The translations under genes and the position numbers were made by a program. Source: an uncultured Bacteroidales bacterium (GTDB lineage Bacteria; Bacteroidota; Bacteroidia; Bacteroidales; WCHB1-69). Taken from it: DNA of 64,000 bases. Positions 48,301 to 56,272 of this stretch are shown here, piece after piece (positions within the stretch are counted from its first letter, which is position 1; every line of letters begins with the position of its first letter). Under the pieces are notes generated by a model that was not told where the DNA came from, did no database searches, and saw only the letters and a program-made list of their open reading frames with translations. The stretch lies in contig CALECM010000048.1 in the NCBI GenBank assembly GCA_937949745.1, positions 10,563 to 74,562 on the forward strand, written 5' to 3'.

Positions 48301-49615
48301 AGGATCTTTAAAACTCAGGATCCGTTCATTATTGGAAAGCAGTAAAAAAACTACGGAAGCCGTACCTAAACCTGCCATCCATACTCCCGTGTTTACCAAT
48401 AAAGACCAGCACAGGAAGATTATAGCGCCTTATTTCGCCGAAGGATATTCGGAGCTTCTCCCGGCCCTGTTCAGGATCATGGGCATTGAACTCGTCAATC
48501 TGCCGCCCAGTAACGCTTCTTCCAATGAACTGGGACTTCAGTTTGCCAACAACGAAATCTGTTATCCGGCCACACTCGTGGTAGGTGACATTATGAAAGC
48601 CCTGCAATCGGGCAATTATAAATCGGATGAGATCGCCGTAGCCATTACCCAGACTGGCGGGCAATGCCGGGCCACTAATTATATTTCCATTATCAAAAAA
48701 GCCATGATCGCGGGCGGATACCATGACATTCCCGTAGTATCGGTTTCTTTCGGCAGCGGGATTATCAACGAACAACCCGGTTTTAACCTCAAATGGTCGA
48801 AATGCATCCTGATCGCATACAATGCCATGCTATTTGTGGATGCCCTATCCAAACTCTATTATCCGGCGGCGGTACGTGAAAAAGAAAAGGGAAGCGCCAG
48901 AAGATTAAGGGACAAATACCTGGAACTGGCACAGCCTTTTATCGAAAAACGTGACCGTAAAGGCCTCCTGAAACTTCTTGACCGAGCCATCGACGAATTT
49001 ATTTCTATCTTAGATCCGAAAATTGACGCACCTGTAATCGGAGTGGTGGGCGAGATCTATGTCAAATATAATTCTTTCAGCCACAAAAACGTAGTGGACT
49101 GGCTGATCGACCAGGGTATCGAAGTGGTCGCCCCGTCCATGTATAACTTTATGATGGCTGAATTTGTCAATAACCAGATCAAAAAGCAGAAGAACATGAC
49201 CCGGCTGGGAATGCCGCTGTTCGTATCGGATATGATCTTCTCCTTATCCAAACGGTTCTCACAGAAATATGACGAAACATGCGCACGCTATCCTTTTTAC
49301 CGACCGTTTTCCGATCTGGAAAAAGATGCCGCGAACGCCTCCAAGATCATAAACCTCGCGGCCCAATTCGGCGAAGGGTGGCTGATCCCCGCCGAGATCG
49401 CCGGTTTTGCCGAGCAGGGTATCAATAACGCCATCAGTCTCCAGCCTTTCGGATGTATAGCCAATCATGTTATCTCCAAAGGTATCGAAAAGAAGATTAA
49501 AAAAAGTTATCCTAAAATGAACCTGCTTTTCTTAGATTTCGACGGAGGTACCAGTGAAGCCAATGTATTGAACCGGTTGCATTTTATGATTGACGGCTGC
49601 CGGAAAAAAGTCTGA
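45332..49615 (+). CDS. 1427-aa fusion: two BcrAD/BadFG (HgdC-like activase) ATPase modules plus a C-terminal dehydratase/DUF2229-like region
   Basis: GIDIGSTSIKCV...NGSCAGGTGAFLDQMA (module 1). GIDSGSTTTKIV...NEACSSGCGSFIEGFA (module 2). CKGCENRC linker. Long C-terminal region with FGCGPDAF and LQPFGCIANH. The apparent start is TTG, because the nearby ATGs are out of frame and stop quickly. Confidence 0.85.
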   Translation: MTQENKTSTSYNPDLLRCGIDIGSTSIKCVLIDSGGNVLYHKYTRHHASILPVLMEMLLEASAVCNERPVEFMFTGSIGMGIAERLELPFNQEVISSIKFVQEKHPDIKTFIDIGGEDAKMIFFTAGQQPDIRMNGSCAGGTGAFLDQMASLLAIPMEELDQYAAKAETIYPIASRCGVFSKTDIQNLVARNVNKNDIVGSIFHAVALQVITSLSRGYEVRPKLFFCGAPFAFLTYLKKAFLQLLQIGESDIVTTEYPELVPAYGTALSVSPASTGGPVNKVIEKVKKLLEHPVVFQENQLLPRLFESQEEKDSWFSQNVSVELPEVPIGQSKSEEFYIGIDSGSTTTKIVIINAEKEIVFRYYTKNGGDALGSFKKGILEFKNLVEQSGKKAVFVGSAVTGYGENLLKIAYNLHYGIVETMAHYIAARSIDPEVSFILDIGGQDMKAIFVEHGAIQRIEINEACSSGCGSFIEGFADMLNMAVSDFALMACQAQTPTDLGTRCTVFMNSKVKQSLREGTDIEDIAAGLSYAVIKNCLFKVLKLKSTHELGDHIVVQGGTFKNPSIIRCLEILTEKEVRVSNIPELMGAYGAALYALEQSGLNTTKNYTLTIDEVLDVNTFKTGNLQCKGCENRCNIRKFTFSNQRTYYSGNKCERIFSNMEEKEEKGVNFHEIKYERLFNRNLTLENPRMIIGIPRGLVMYEDYPFWHTLLTECNIQPLLSGVTTVAQYEKGVKTIMADNICFPAKLMHGHIMYLIKKNVDRILYPYNIYERKEDQKAVNSYNCPIVTAYSDVINSAIETEEQYGIPLDSPVLNFNDKVLLKKSLTEYLSRFGIENSVIRQAIGKAMEVQSEFEQSLFKTSMELYEKAMEKGETVIVLAGRPYHIDPLIQHKISEAIADFGVTVINEDMVRFIENSVFDQTDSVTQWAFPNRIMNAAKWTADQGPNVHFVQLTSFGCGPDAFINEEIKQILLAKGKNLTLLKVDDVNNIGSLKLRIRSLLESSKKTTEAVPKPAIHTPVFTNKDQHRKIIAPYFAEGYSELLPALFRIMGIELVNLPPSNASSNELGLQFANNEICYPATLVVGDIMKALQSGNYKSDEIAVAITQTGGQCRATNYISIIKKAMIAGGYHDIPVVSVSFGSGIINEQPGFNLKWSKCILIAYNAMLFVDALSKLYYPAAVREKEKGSARRLRDKYLELAQPFIEKRDRKGLLKLLDRAIDEFISILDPKIDAPVIGVVGEIYVKYNSFSHKNVVDWLIDQGIEVVAPSMYNFMMAEFVNNQIKKQKNMTRLGMPLFVSDMIFSLSKRFSQKYDETCARYPFYRPFSDLEKDAANASKIINLAAQFGEGWLIPAEIAGFAEQGINNAISLQPFGCIANHVISKGIEKKIKKSYPKMNLLFLDFDGGTSEANVLNRLHFMIDGCRKKV

Positions 49616-49708
49616 TTTTTTAACATATTCATCTATTATAGTTAATTAATTATAAATAAATTACCGGTTCCCGCTCTCCTTTATGGATGGCGATTAGCAA
49701 ATTTTCTT

Positions 49709-49716
49709 TATCTTTG
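49709..49716 (+). promoter_or_regulatory. Candidate -7 box TATCTTTG
   Basis: 11 nt before the ATG at 49727 and 32 nt before the ATG at 49748. Confidence 0.45.
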
Positions 49717-49726
49717 CACCCAGATT

Positions 49727-50146
49727 ATGCAACAAAATATTATAGTTATGGAAGAAAACACTGAAAAAAAGGTTAGCGTTGTAAGATATTCTGATGAAGA
49801 ATTAGAAGAATTCCGCATATTGATAGAATCCAAGATAGAAGAAGCCAAAAACGGTATGGGCGTTTATTTGGACGCTTATAACAATTCAGGAAACGATACA
49901 ATGGATACCTCTCCCACATTTAAAATACTGGAAGAAGGCAACCAGGTATTATCCAAAGAAGAGAACAGCCGTCTGGCCGCGCGTCTGGATAAATATATCA
50001 AAAATCTGGAAGCCGCTCTGATCCGTATTGAAAATAAAACATACGGTGTTTGCAGGGCAACCGGAAAACTGATCCCGAAAGAACGTTTGAGAAGCGTTCC
50101 ACATGCCACCCTGAGTTTCGATGCCAAGGTCAACGAAAAAAAATAA
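49727..50146 (+). CDS. DksA/TraR-family protein (Cys-poor zinc-finger region)
   Basis: Coiled-coil N-terminus and C-terminal YGVCRATGKLIPKERLRSVPHATLS. The position upstream of lspA is typical. The true start may be the ATG at 49748 (MEENTEKK). Confidence 0.7.
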   Translation: MQQNIIVMEENTEKKVSVVRYSDEELEEFRILIESKIEEAKNGMGVYLDAYNNSGNDTMDTSPTFKILEEGNQVLSKEENSRLAARLDKYIKNLEAALIRIENKTYGVCRATGKLIPKERLRSVPHATLSFDAKVNEKK

Positions 50147-50149
50147 ATT

Positions 50150-50815
50150 GTGAAAAGACGCAAACTCACGATACTATTTATTGCTGTTGTCGTCATTCTT
50201 ATAATTTTTGATCAGGTACTTAAAATCTGGGTGAAAACCCACATGACCCTCGGAGAAAATATTGCATTATTAGGAAACTGGTTCAACCTTTATTTTATAG
50301 AAAACGAAGGTATGGCTTTTGGGATTTCCTTTGGGGAAAAAGCCGGGAAGTTGTTGCTTTCACTGGTACGTTTAGGTATTGCCGGATTCCTGATCTATTA
50401 TGTCTTCAAGCTCATTCGCAGAAACCGGACCGATACACTTGTAGTGATCATTTTCTCGCTTATCATTGCCGGTGCTTTAGGGAATATCATAGACAGCTGT
50501 TTTTACGGGCTTATTTTCAGTGAAAGCACCTGGGATAGCGTGGCTGTGGCATTTCCTCCTGAGGGAGGATATGGAAATCTCTTCTTCGGAAAAGTAGTGG
50601 ATATGTTCTACGTAAGACTTTTCCTGATCCCGGAATGGTTCCCGTTATGGGGCGGATCTTATTTTTTTCCGGCCATTTTTAATATTGCCGATTCCTGTGT
50701 CACCGTAGGATTAGTGTTATTGCTGATTTTCAACAAAAGGATCTTTACGGAAAAGAAAACAGAAGAAGAAACGGTCTCCACCCGGGAAGAAACGAATGGA
50801 CAACAACCGGGTTGA
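50150..50815 (+). CDS. lspA: Lipoprotein signal peptidase (signal peptidase II)
   Basis: GTG start. NLYFIENEGMAFGISFG, GALGNIIDSCFYG, VVDMFY and FNIADSCVTVG. Confidence 0.9.
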   Translation: MKRRKLTILFIAVVVILIIFDQVLKIWVKTHMTLGENIALLGNWFNLYFIENEGMAFGISFGEKAGKLLLSLVRLGIAGFLIYYVFKLIRRNRTDTLVVIIFSLIIAGALGNIIDSCFYGLIFSESTWDSVAVAFPPEGGYGNLFFGKVVDMFYVRLFLIPEWFPLWGGSYFFPAIFNIADSCVTVGLVLLLIFNKRIFTEKKTEEETVSTREETNGQQPG

Positions 50816-50847
50816 TTCTTTTTCCAACAATTAAAATTCTTTAAAAG

Positions 50848-50884
50848 TCGATAGGAATAGATCACTATCGATTTGCTTTTTTAT
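50848..50884 (+). terminator. Intrinsic terminator after lspA
   Basis: TCGATAG-gaatagatca-CTATCGA followed by TTTGCTTTTTT. Confidence 0.5.
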
Positions 50885-50885
50885 G

Positions 50886-50893
50886 TAGTTTTG
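50886..50893 (+). promoter_or_regulatory. Candidate -7 box TAGTTTTG
   Basis: 18 nt upstream of the ATG at 50912. Confidence 0.45.
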
Positions 50894-50911
50894 CATACTC
50901 ATTAAAAATAA

Positions 50912-51679
50912 ATGCGTATGACAAAAACAGTGATGATTACGGGAGCTAACAGTGGTTTTGGCAAAGCGATAGCCCTTAACCTGAGTAAACATGGTTTTAA
51001 CCTGATACTGACCGCAAGAAGCGAAGAGAAACTTAAACCGGTCATGGATGAGATTCGGAAGATGTCGGGTTCTAAAATATTCCCGTTATATTTTGATGTC
51101 CGGGATTACGCAGCCTGTGAAACCGCTATCCGGTCTGTTCCCGAAGAATTCAGCACGATAGATATATTGATCAATAACGCGGGGCTTTCCCGTGAAATCA
51201 AAACCCTCGACCAGGGCGACCTGGACGACTGGAATGAGATGATCGACACCAATGTAAAAGGAGTATTGCACATAACCAGGCTGGTCTCTCCGTCCATGGT
51301 AGCCCGGAAAAGCGGCCATATCGTCAATATAGGTTCTATTGCAAGCCACGAAGTCTACAAGGGAGGAGGTGTATATTGTGCTTCCAAACACGCGTTGTGG
51401 GCCTTAACACAAAGCATGCGCACGGACTTCCTTGAACATCATATCAGGGTGACCCAGATTTCACCCGGCGCGGCCGAAACCAATTTTTCCATTACCCGTT
51501 TCCATGGCGATGAAGAAAGAGCCTCCAAAGTATATGAAGGGTATATACCTTTATCGGCGGACGATGTAGCGGAAGTGGTTGAATTTGCCGTTACCCGTCC
51601 TTCCCATGTCTGCCTCAATGATATCGTGATGACCCCTACCGCCCAGTTTAACGGCGTGATCGTAAGGGATAATCAATAG
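50912..51679 (+). CDS. SDR family NAD(P)-dependent oxidoreductase (YdfG-like)
   Basis: VMITGANSGFGKAIA, NNAG and YCASKHAL (the catalytic YxxxK). Confidence 0.9.
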   Translation: MRMTKTVMITGANSGFGKAIALNLSKHGFNLILTARSEEKLKPVMDEIRKMSGSKIFPLYFDVRDYAACETAIRSVPEEFSTIDILINNAGLSREIKTLDQGDLDDWNEMIDTNVKGVLHITRLVSPSMVARKSGHIVNIGSIASHEVYKGGGVYCASKHALWALTQSMRTDFLEHHIRVTQISPGAAETNFSITRFHGDEERASKVYEGYIPLSADDVAEVVEFAVTRPSHVCLNDIVMTPTAQFNGVIVRDNQ

Positions 51680-51768
51680 AGATATTTTGTATTCCGGATA
51701 TTCTATGTAAAATATATAATATCCAGGATAATCCCAAAACCTTTAAGCCAATTTATAAACCATAACTC

Positions 51769-52947
51769 ATGCAAAAATATCTTTCTGAAAATTTCTACAA
51801 ATACATAGCCGGCACCTCCAATGAGCCTATGGGTATTGAGATTGAGAATACCAAAGGAATGTATATCAATACTACAGGTGGAAAACAATACCTTGATATG
51901 ATCGCAGGCATTTCCGTTTGTAACATGGGACATTCCCATCCGGCCATTATAGAAGCGGTGAAAAAGCAGGTGGATAAATATATGCATGTGATGGTTTACG
52001 GGGAATTGATCCAGGAGCCGCAGGTGGAAATGGCCCATCTGCTTGGAGAAAACCTACCGGAAAAACTATCTTCCGTTTACTTTGTCAATTCCGGAGCGGA
52101 AGCCGTAGAAGGCGGTCTGAAGCTGGCGAAAAGGATCACAGGAAGGAAAGAGATCATCCATTGCCGGAATTCATATCACGGATGCACACAGGGCGCCATG
52201 AGCGTCATGGGATCCGATAGCTTTAAAGCCCCGTTCCAGCCTCTTCTTCCCGACACCAAAGCCATCCGCTTCGGCGTTACGGAAGACCTGGAAATGATCA
52301 CGGATAAAACCGCTTGCTTCATCGTGGAACCCGTACAGGGAGAAGCCGGCATACGGATAGCTTCCGGAGAATACTGGAAAGCGGTGAGAGAACGTTGTAA
52401 CGAAACCGGAACTCTACTTATTTTCGACGAGATTCAAACCGGAATGGGACGTACAGGGAAATTATTCTGTTTCGAACACTACGGGATTATTCCTGACATA
52501 TTATTACTTGCCAAAGCATTAGGAGGCGGATTGCCTCTGGGAGCTTTTATTTCTTCAAAAGAAAACATGCAGTTTCTGACCCATGACCCGGCTTTAGGCC
52601 ATATGACCACTTTCGGAGGGCATCCGGTCAGTTGTGCCGCTGCCGTAGCTCATTTTAAACTTCTGCTGGAAGGGAAATTCTGGGAAAAAGCCGAACATTA
52701 TGGCGCGATACTGGAAAAAGAAATCCTCAGCATAGACGGTATCCGGGAAATAAGAAGGAAAGGACTTATGATGGCTGCGGATTTTGGCGATGAAACCAAA
52801 AACATACTGACTTACAAAAAATGGCTTGACAAGGGCATCTTTACGGATTGGTTCCTGTTTTGCAATACGGCCTTACGTATCGCTCCGCCTTTGATTATCA
52901 CGGATAAAGAGATCATGGAATTTAAAAACAGGATCGGCGCATCTTAA
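51769..52947 (+). CDS. Class-III PLP-dependent aminotransferase (acetylornithine/ornithine aminotransferase-like)
   Basis: GHSHPAIIEAV, NSGAEAVEGGLKLAKR, FDEIQTGMGRTGKLF, TTFGGHP. Confidence 0.85.
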   Translation: MQKYLSENFYKYIAGTSNEPMGIEIENTKGMYINTTGGKQYLDMIAGISVCNMGHSHPAIIEAVKKQVDKYMHVMVYGELIQEPQVEMAHLLGENLPEKLSSVYFVNSGAEAVEGGLKLAKRITGRKEIIHCRNSYHGCTQGAMSVMGSDSFKAPFQPLLPDTKAIRFGVTEDLEMITDKTACFIVEPVQGEAGIRIASGEYWKAVRERCNETGTLLIFDEIQTGMGRTGKLFCFEHYGIIPDILLLAKALGGGLPLGAFISSKENMQFLTHDPALGHMTTFGGHPVSCAAAVAHFKLLLEGKFWEKAEHYGAILEKEILSIDGIREIRRKGLMMAADFGDETKNILTYKKWLDKGIFTDWFLFCNTALRIAPPLIITDKEIMEFKNRIGAS

Positions 52948-52979
52948 AACTCACTTTAAATACCAATAAATAAACTACC

Positions 52980-54380
52980 ATGAAAATAAAATTTTTAGGC
53001 GCTACCACGGAAGTAACGGGTAGCAAATTCTTACTTACTACTGACAAAGGCGAAAACATACTGCTCGATTGCGGGATGTACCAGGGCAAAGGACTTGAGA
53101 CCGACGCCATGAACCGCGATCTGGGCTTTGACCCGAAAGATATACATTATCTGGTATTATCACATGCCCATATCGATCATTCCGGATTAATCCCCTATAT
53201 CTATAAAATGGGATTCAGGGGGATTGTTTTCTGTACGCCGGCCACCCGTGACCTCTGTTCCATCATGTTACCGGATTCGGGTAAAATACAGGAAGCCGAT
53301 ACCCGGCAATTTAACAAGAAAAGAGCCAAACAGAACCTTCCGCCGGTCGAACCCATTTATACGATCCACGATGCGGTATCCTGCATGCGCCATTTCATCA
53401 GTATTCCTTTTGAATTACCCTTTAATATTACCCCTGATCTCTCCGTACAATTTATCGATACGGGACACATGCTGGGAGGAGGAGCCGTTTATATGACCGT
53501 CCGGGAAGGCGAGACAACCAAAACTCTTTGTTATACGGGTGATGTGGGCCGCTACAACAAACGGCTGCTACCCGACCCGAAACCTTTTCCGCAAGCGGAC
53601 TATATCATCACCGAATCTACTTATGGCGACCGCTTGCATACCACACTGGAAATGGCGGAAGAAGAACTCATGCTGATTGTAAAAGATGCGATTGCCCAAA
53701 GAAGGGGCAAATTGATCATTCCTTCTTTTGCGATAGGCCGTACACAGGATATTGTATATGTACTGCATCGTCTGAAAATGCAGAATAATTTACCGGACGT
53801 GGAAATTTTCGTCGACAGTCCGTTAGCAGTCTCCGCCACAGATATCTTCAGGATCCATTCCGATTGCTTTAACGAAGAGATGCAGGAATTCATGACTACG
53901 CGTTCCGATCCTTTCGGTTTTGATAAATTGCATTATGTCCGTTCCATAGAAGACTCCAAGAGGTTAAACACCTATAACCGCCCGTGCATTATTATTTCCG
54001 CTTCGGGCATGATGGAAGCCGGACGGGTAAAACACCATCTGGCCAACAATATTGAAAATCCGAGGACTACCATTTTGTCCATCGGTTATTGCTCTCCCAA
54101 TACCCTGGGGGCGAAAATCCTGCGGGGTGATAAAAAAGTCTCCATATTCGGGGTACAATACCAGGTGAAAGCAACCGTAAAAAGCCTTGACGCATTCTCC
54201 GGTCACGGGGATTATAAGGAACTCATTCACTATCTATCATCCCAGGATAAACAAAAGATCAAACAATTATTCATTGTTCACGGAGAAGAGGAAGTTCGTC
54301 ATAAATATGCCGGACATCTTACGGAGGCCGGATTCATCCATAATTATGTACCTGCTTTTCGTGAAGAAGTAGAATTATAA
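52980..54380 (+). CDS. MBL-fold metallo-hydrolase of the beta-CASP (CPSF/RNase J/SNM1-like) type
   Basis: LSHAHIDHSG (HxHxDH), ITESTYGDR, SASGMMEAGRVKHH, FSGHGD and VHGE. Confidence 0.8.
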   Translation: MKIKFLGATTEVTGSKFLLTTDKGENILLDCGMYQGKGLETDAMNRDLGFDPKDIHYLVLSHAHIDHSGLIPYIYKMGFRGIVFCTPATRDLCSIMLPDSGKIQEADTRQFNKKRAKQNLPPVEPIYTIHDAVSCMRHFISIPFELPFNITPDLSVQFIDTGHMLGGGAVYMTVREGETTKTLCYTGDVGRYNKRLLPDPKPFPQADYIITESTYGDRLHTTLEMAEEELMLIVKDAIAQRRGKLIIPSFAIGRTQDIVYVLHRLKMQNNLPDVEIFVDSPLAVSATDIFRIHSDCFNEEMQEFMTTRSDPFGFDKLHYVRSIEDSKRLNTYNRPCIIISASGMMEAGRVKHHLANNIENPRTTILSIGYCSPNTLGAKILRGDKKVSIFGVQYQVKATVKSLDAFSGHGDYKELIHYLSSQDKQKIKQLFIVHGEEEVRHKYAGHLTEAGFIHNYVPAFREEVEL

Positions 54381-56272
54381 TGAAAGAAAGGATCGCCGGA
54401 ATATTAAAAGAATATTGGGGATATGACCGGTTCCGTCCTTTACAGGAAGAGATCATATTGTCGGTATTAAACAAACAGGATACGCTTGCTTTATTACCGA
54501 CCGGAGGCGGAAAATCCCTCTGCTACCAAATACCCGCGTTAGCCGGCGATGGATTATGCCTGGTAATTTCACCGTTGATCGCCCTGATGAATGACCAGGT
54601 AGAAAATCTCCGGAGAAGAAATATCAAAGCAGCGGCTATCCATTCCGGAATGTCAGCGGCGGAAATCGAAACAACGCTTGACAATATCCTTTTTGATCCG
54701 GAATATAAATTGCTCTATGTTTCTCCGGAACGTCTTAAGACCAGCCTTTTCAAGGCTAATCTCTCAAGAATGAATATATCTCTTATCGCGGTGGATGAAG
54801 CGCATTGTATTTCCCAATGGGGATACGACTTCCGGCCGCCATATCTGGAAATAGCCAATATTCGTCCTTTTTTCCCAAAGATACCGGTACTGGCGCTCAC
54901 CGCTACCGCTACGTCCGAGGTGGTGAAAGATATCCAGGCGCAGTTGAAATTCAAAAAAGAGAATATTTTCCTGCAGAGTTTCCGGAGAGAGAACCTGACC
55001 TATTTTGTGGTGAAAGAAGAGGATAAACATCATCGTATGTTAAGGATCATGGAGCGGAATCCGGGAACCGGTATTATTTACGTACGGAACAGAAGAAAGA
55101 CGCAGGAGATTTCGGATTTTCTCAACAGGCAGGGAATCACGGCCACATTCTATCATGCCGGACTTGATTCCGTGACCCGTAACCGGAAACAGAAAGATTG
55201 GATGGAAAACAAAATAAGGGTTATGGTCTGCACCAATGCCTTTGGAATGGGGATCGATAAGCCGGATGTTCGTTTTGTTATCCATCTGGATATACCCGAC
55301 ACCCTGGAAGCTTATTTCCAGGAAGCAGGTCGCGGCGGAAGGGATGGGAAACCGTCTATGGCGGTAATGCTGTATGATGACCATGATATCCGGGAGTTGA
55401 AACAGAATTTCCAACTCTCCTACCCTTCGATGGAAACCATCAGGAAAATTTATCAGAATATCCATCTTTTTTATCATAATCCTGTGGGAAGCGGCGCTTA
55501 TTCCTGTTTTCCTTTTCATGCGGAAGAGGTGGCCCAATATTGTGAAGTTAAGCCAGCCGTATTATACAATACCCTTTCTTTTCTTGAAAGAGCAGGTATC
55601 ATGACGCTTTCTGAAGGCGTAAAAAAACCGTCCGAAATCCATGTGAAATTAAAATCGGGAGAATTCAGGAAATTTTATCAGGATCATCCTTCTCTGGAAG
55701 AATTCTTTCAGTTATTATTGCGTTCCTATAACGGACTCTTCTCAAATTTTGTGAAAATAAATGAGGAGCATATTGCCAAAAGAATGAATACTTCCGGTAG
55801 TGTAATTACGGATAAATTACTCCAATTAAAAAAATACGGAGCTATTGAATATATTCAGGGCACCCATAAACCACAGATCCAATTTCTGGAGAACCGGTTT
55901 CCCGAAGATTATCTATACTTGTATCCTGATATCTATAAACGCAGGAAATCCGTTGCCCAAAAAAAACTTACGGCAGTACTCGATTTTATCAATGATACGA
56001 ATAAATGCCACAGCTGTTTTCTACTGGCATATTTCGGTGAGAAAAAAAGTCAGCCTTGCGGGAAATGTGATATTTGCCTACGACAACGGACCAGTGGAAT
56101 CAAAAAAGCGGAGTACGAATCAATCGTCTCCGCTATAGAATCCAGAACCGGCGATCGCCGGTGGAGCGCCCGCGAATTAGTATCTGAGCTTTCCCGGTCT
56201 TTTGCAGAAGAGGAAATTGTCAAAGTTATCCGTTGGCTTATAGATCATGGGAAATTATCATTAAAAGATTAA
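54380..56272 (+). CDS. recQ: RecQ-family ATP-dependent DNA helicase
   Basis: LPTGGGKSLCYQIPA, VDEAHCISQWGYDFRPPY, TATAT, FGMGIDKPDVRFVIH, QEAGRGGRDG, and the Zn-binding CHSCFLLAYFGE...CGKCDIC. Confidence 0.9.
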   Translation: MKERIAGILKEYWGYDRFRPLQEEIILSVLNKQDTLALLPTGGGKSLCYQIPALAGDGLCLVISPLIALMNDQVENLRRRNIKAAAIHSGMSAAEIETTLDNILFDPEYKLLYVSPERLKTSLFKANLSRMNISLIAVDEAHCISQWGYDFRPPYLEIANIRPFFPKIPVLALTATATSEVVKDIQAQLKFKKENIFLQSFRRENLTYFVVKEEDKHHRMLRIMERNPGTGIIYVRNRRKTQEISDFLNRQGITATFYHAGLDSVTRNRKQKDWMENKIRVMVCTNAFGMGIDKPDVRFVIHLDIPDTLEAYFQEAGRGGRDGKPSMAVMLYDDHDIRELKQNFQLSYPSMETIRKIYQNIHLFYHNPVGSGAYSCFPFHAEEVAQYCEVKPAVLYNTLSFLERAGIMTLSEGVKKPSEIHVKLKSGEFRKFYQDHPSLEEFFQLLLRSYNGLFSNFVKINEEHIAKRMNTSGSVITDKLLQLKKYGAIEYIQGTHKPQIQFLENRFPEDYLYLYPDIYKRRKSVAQKKLTAVLDFINDTNKCHSCFLLAYFGEKKSQPCGKCDICLRQRTSGIKKAEYESIVSAIESRTGDRRWSARELVSELSRSFAEEEIVKVIRWLIDHGKLSLKD

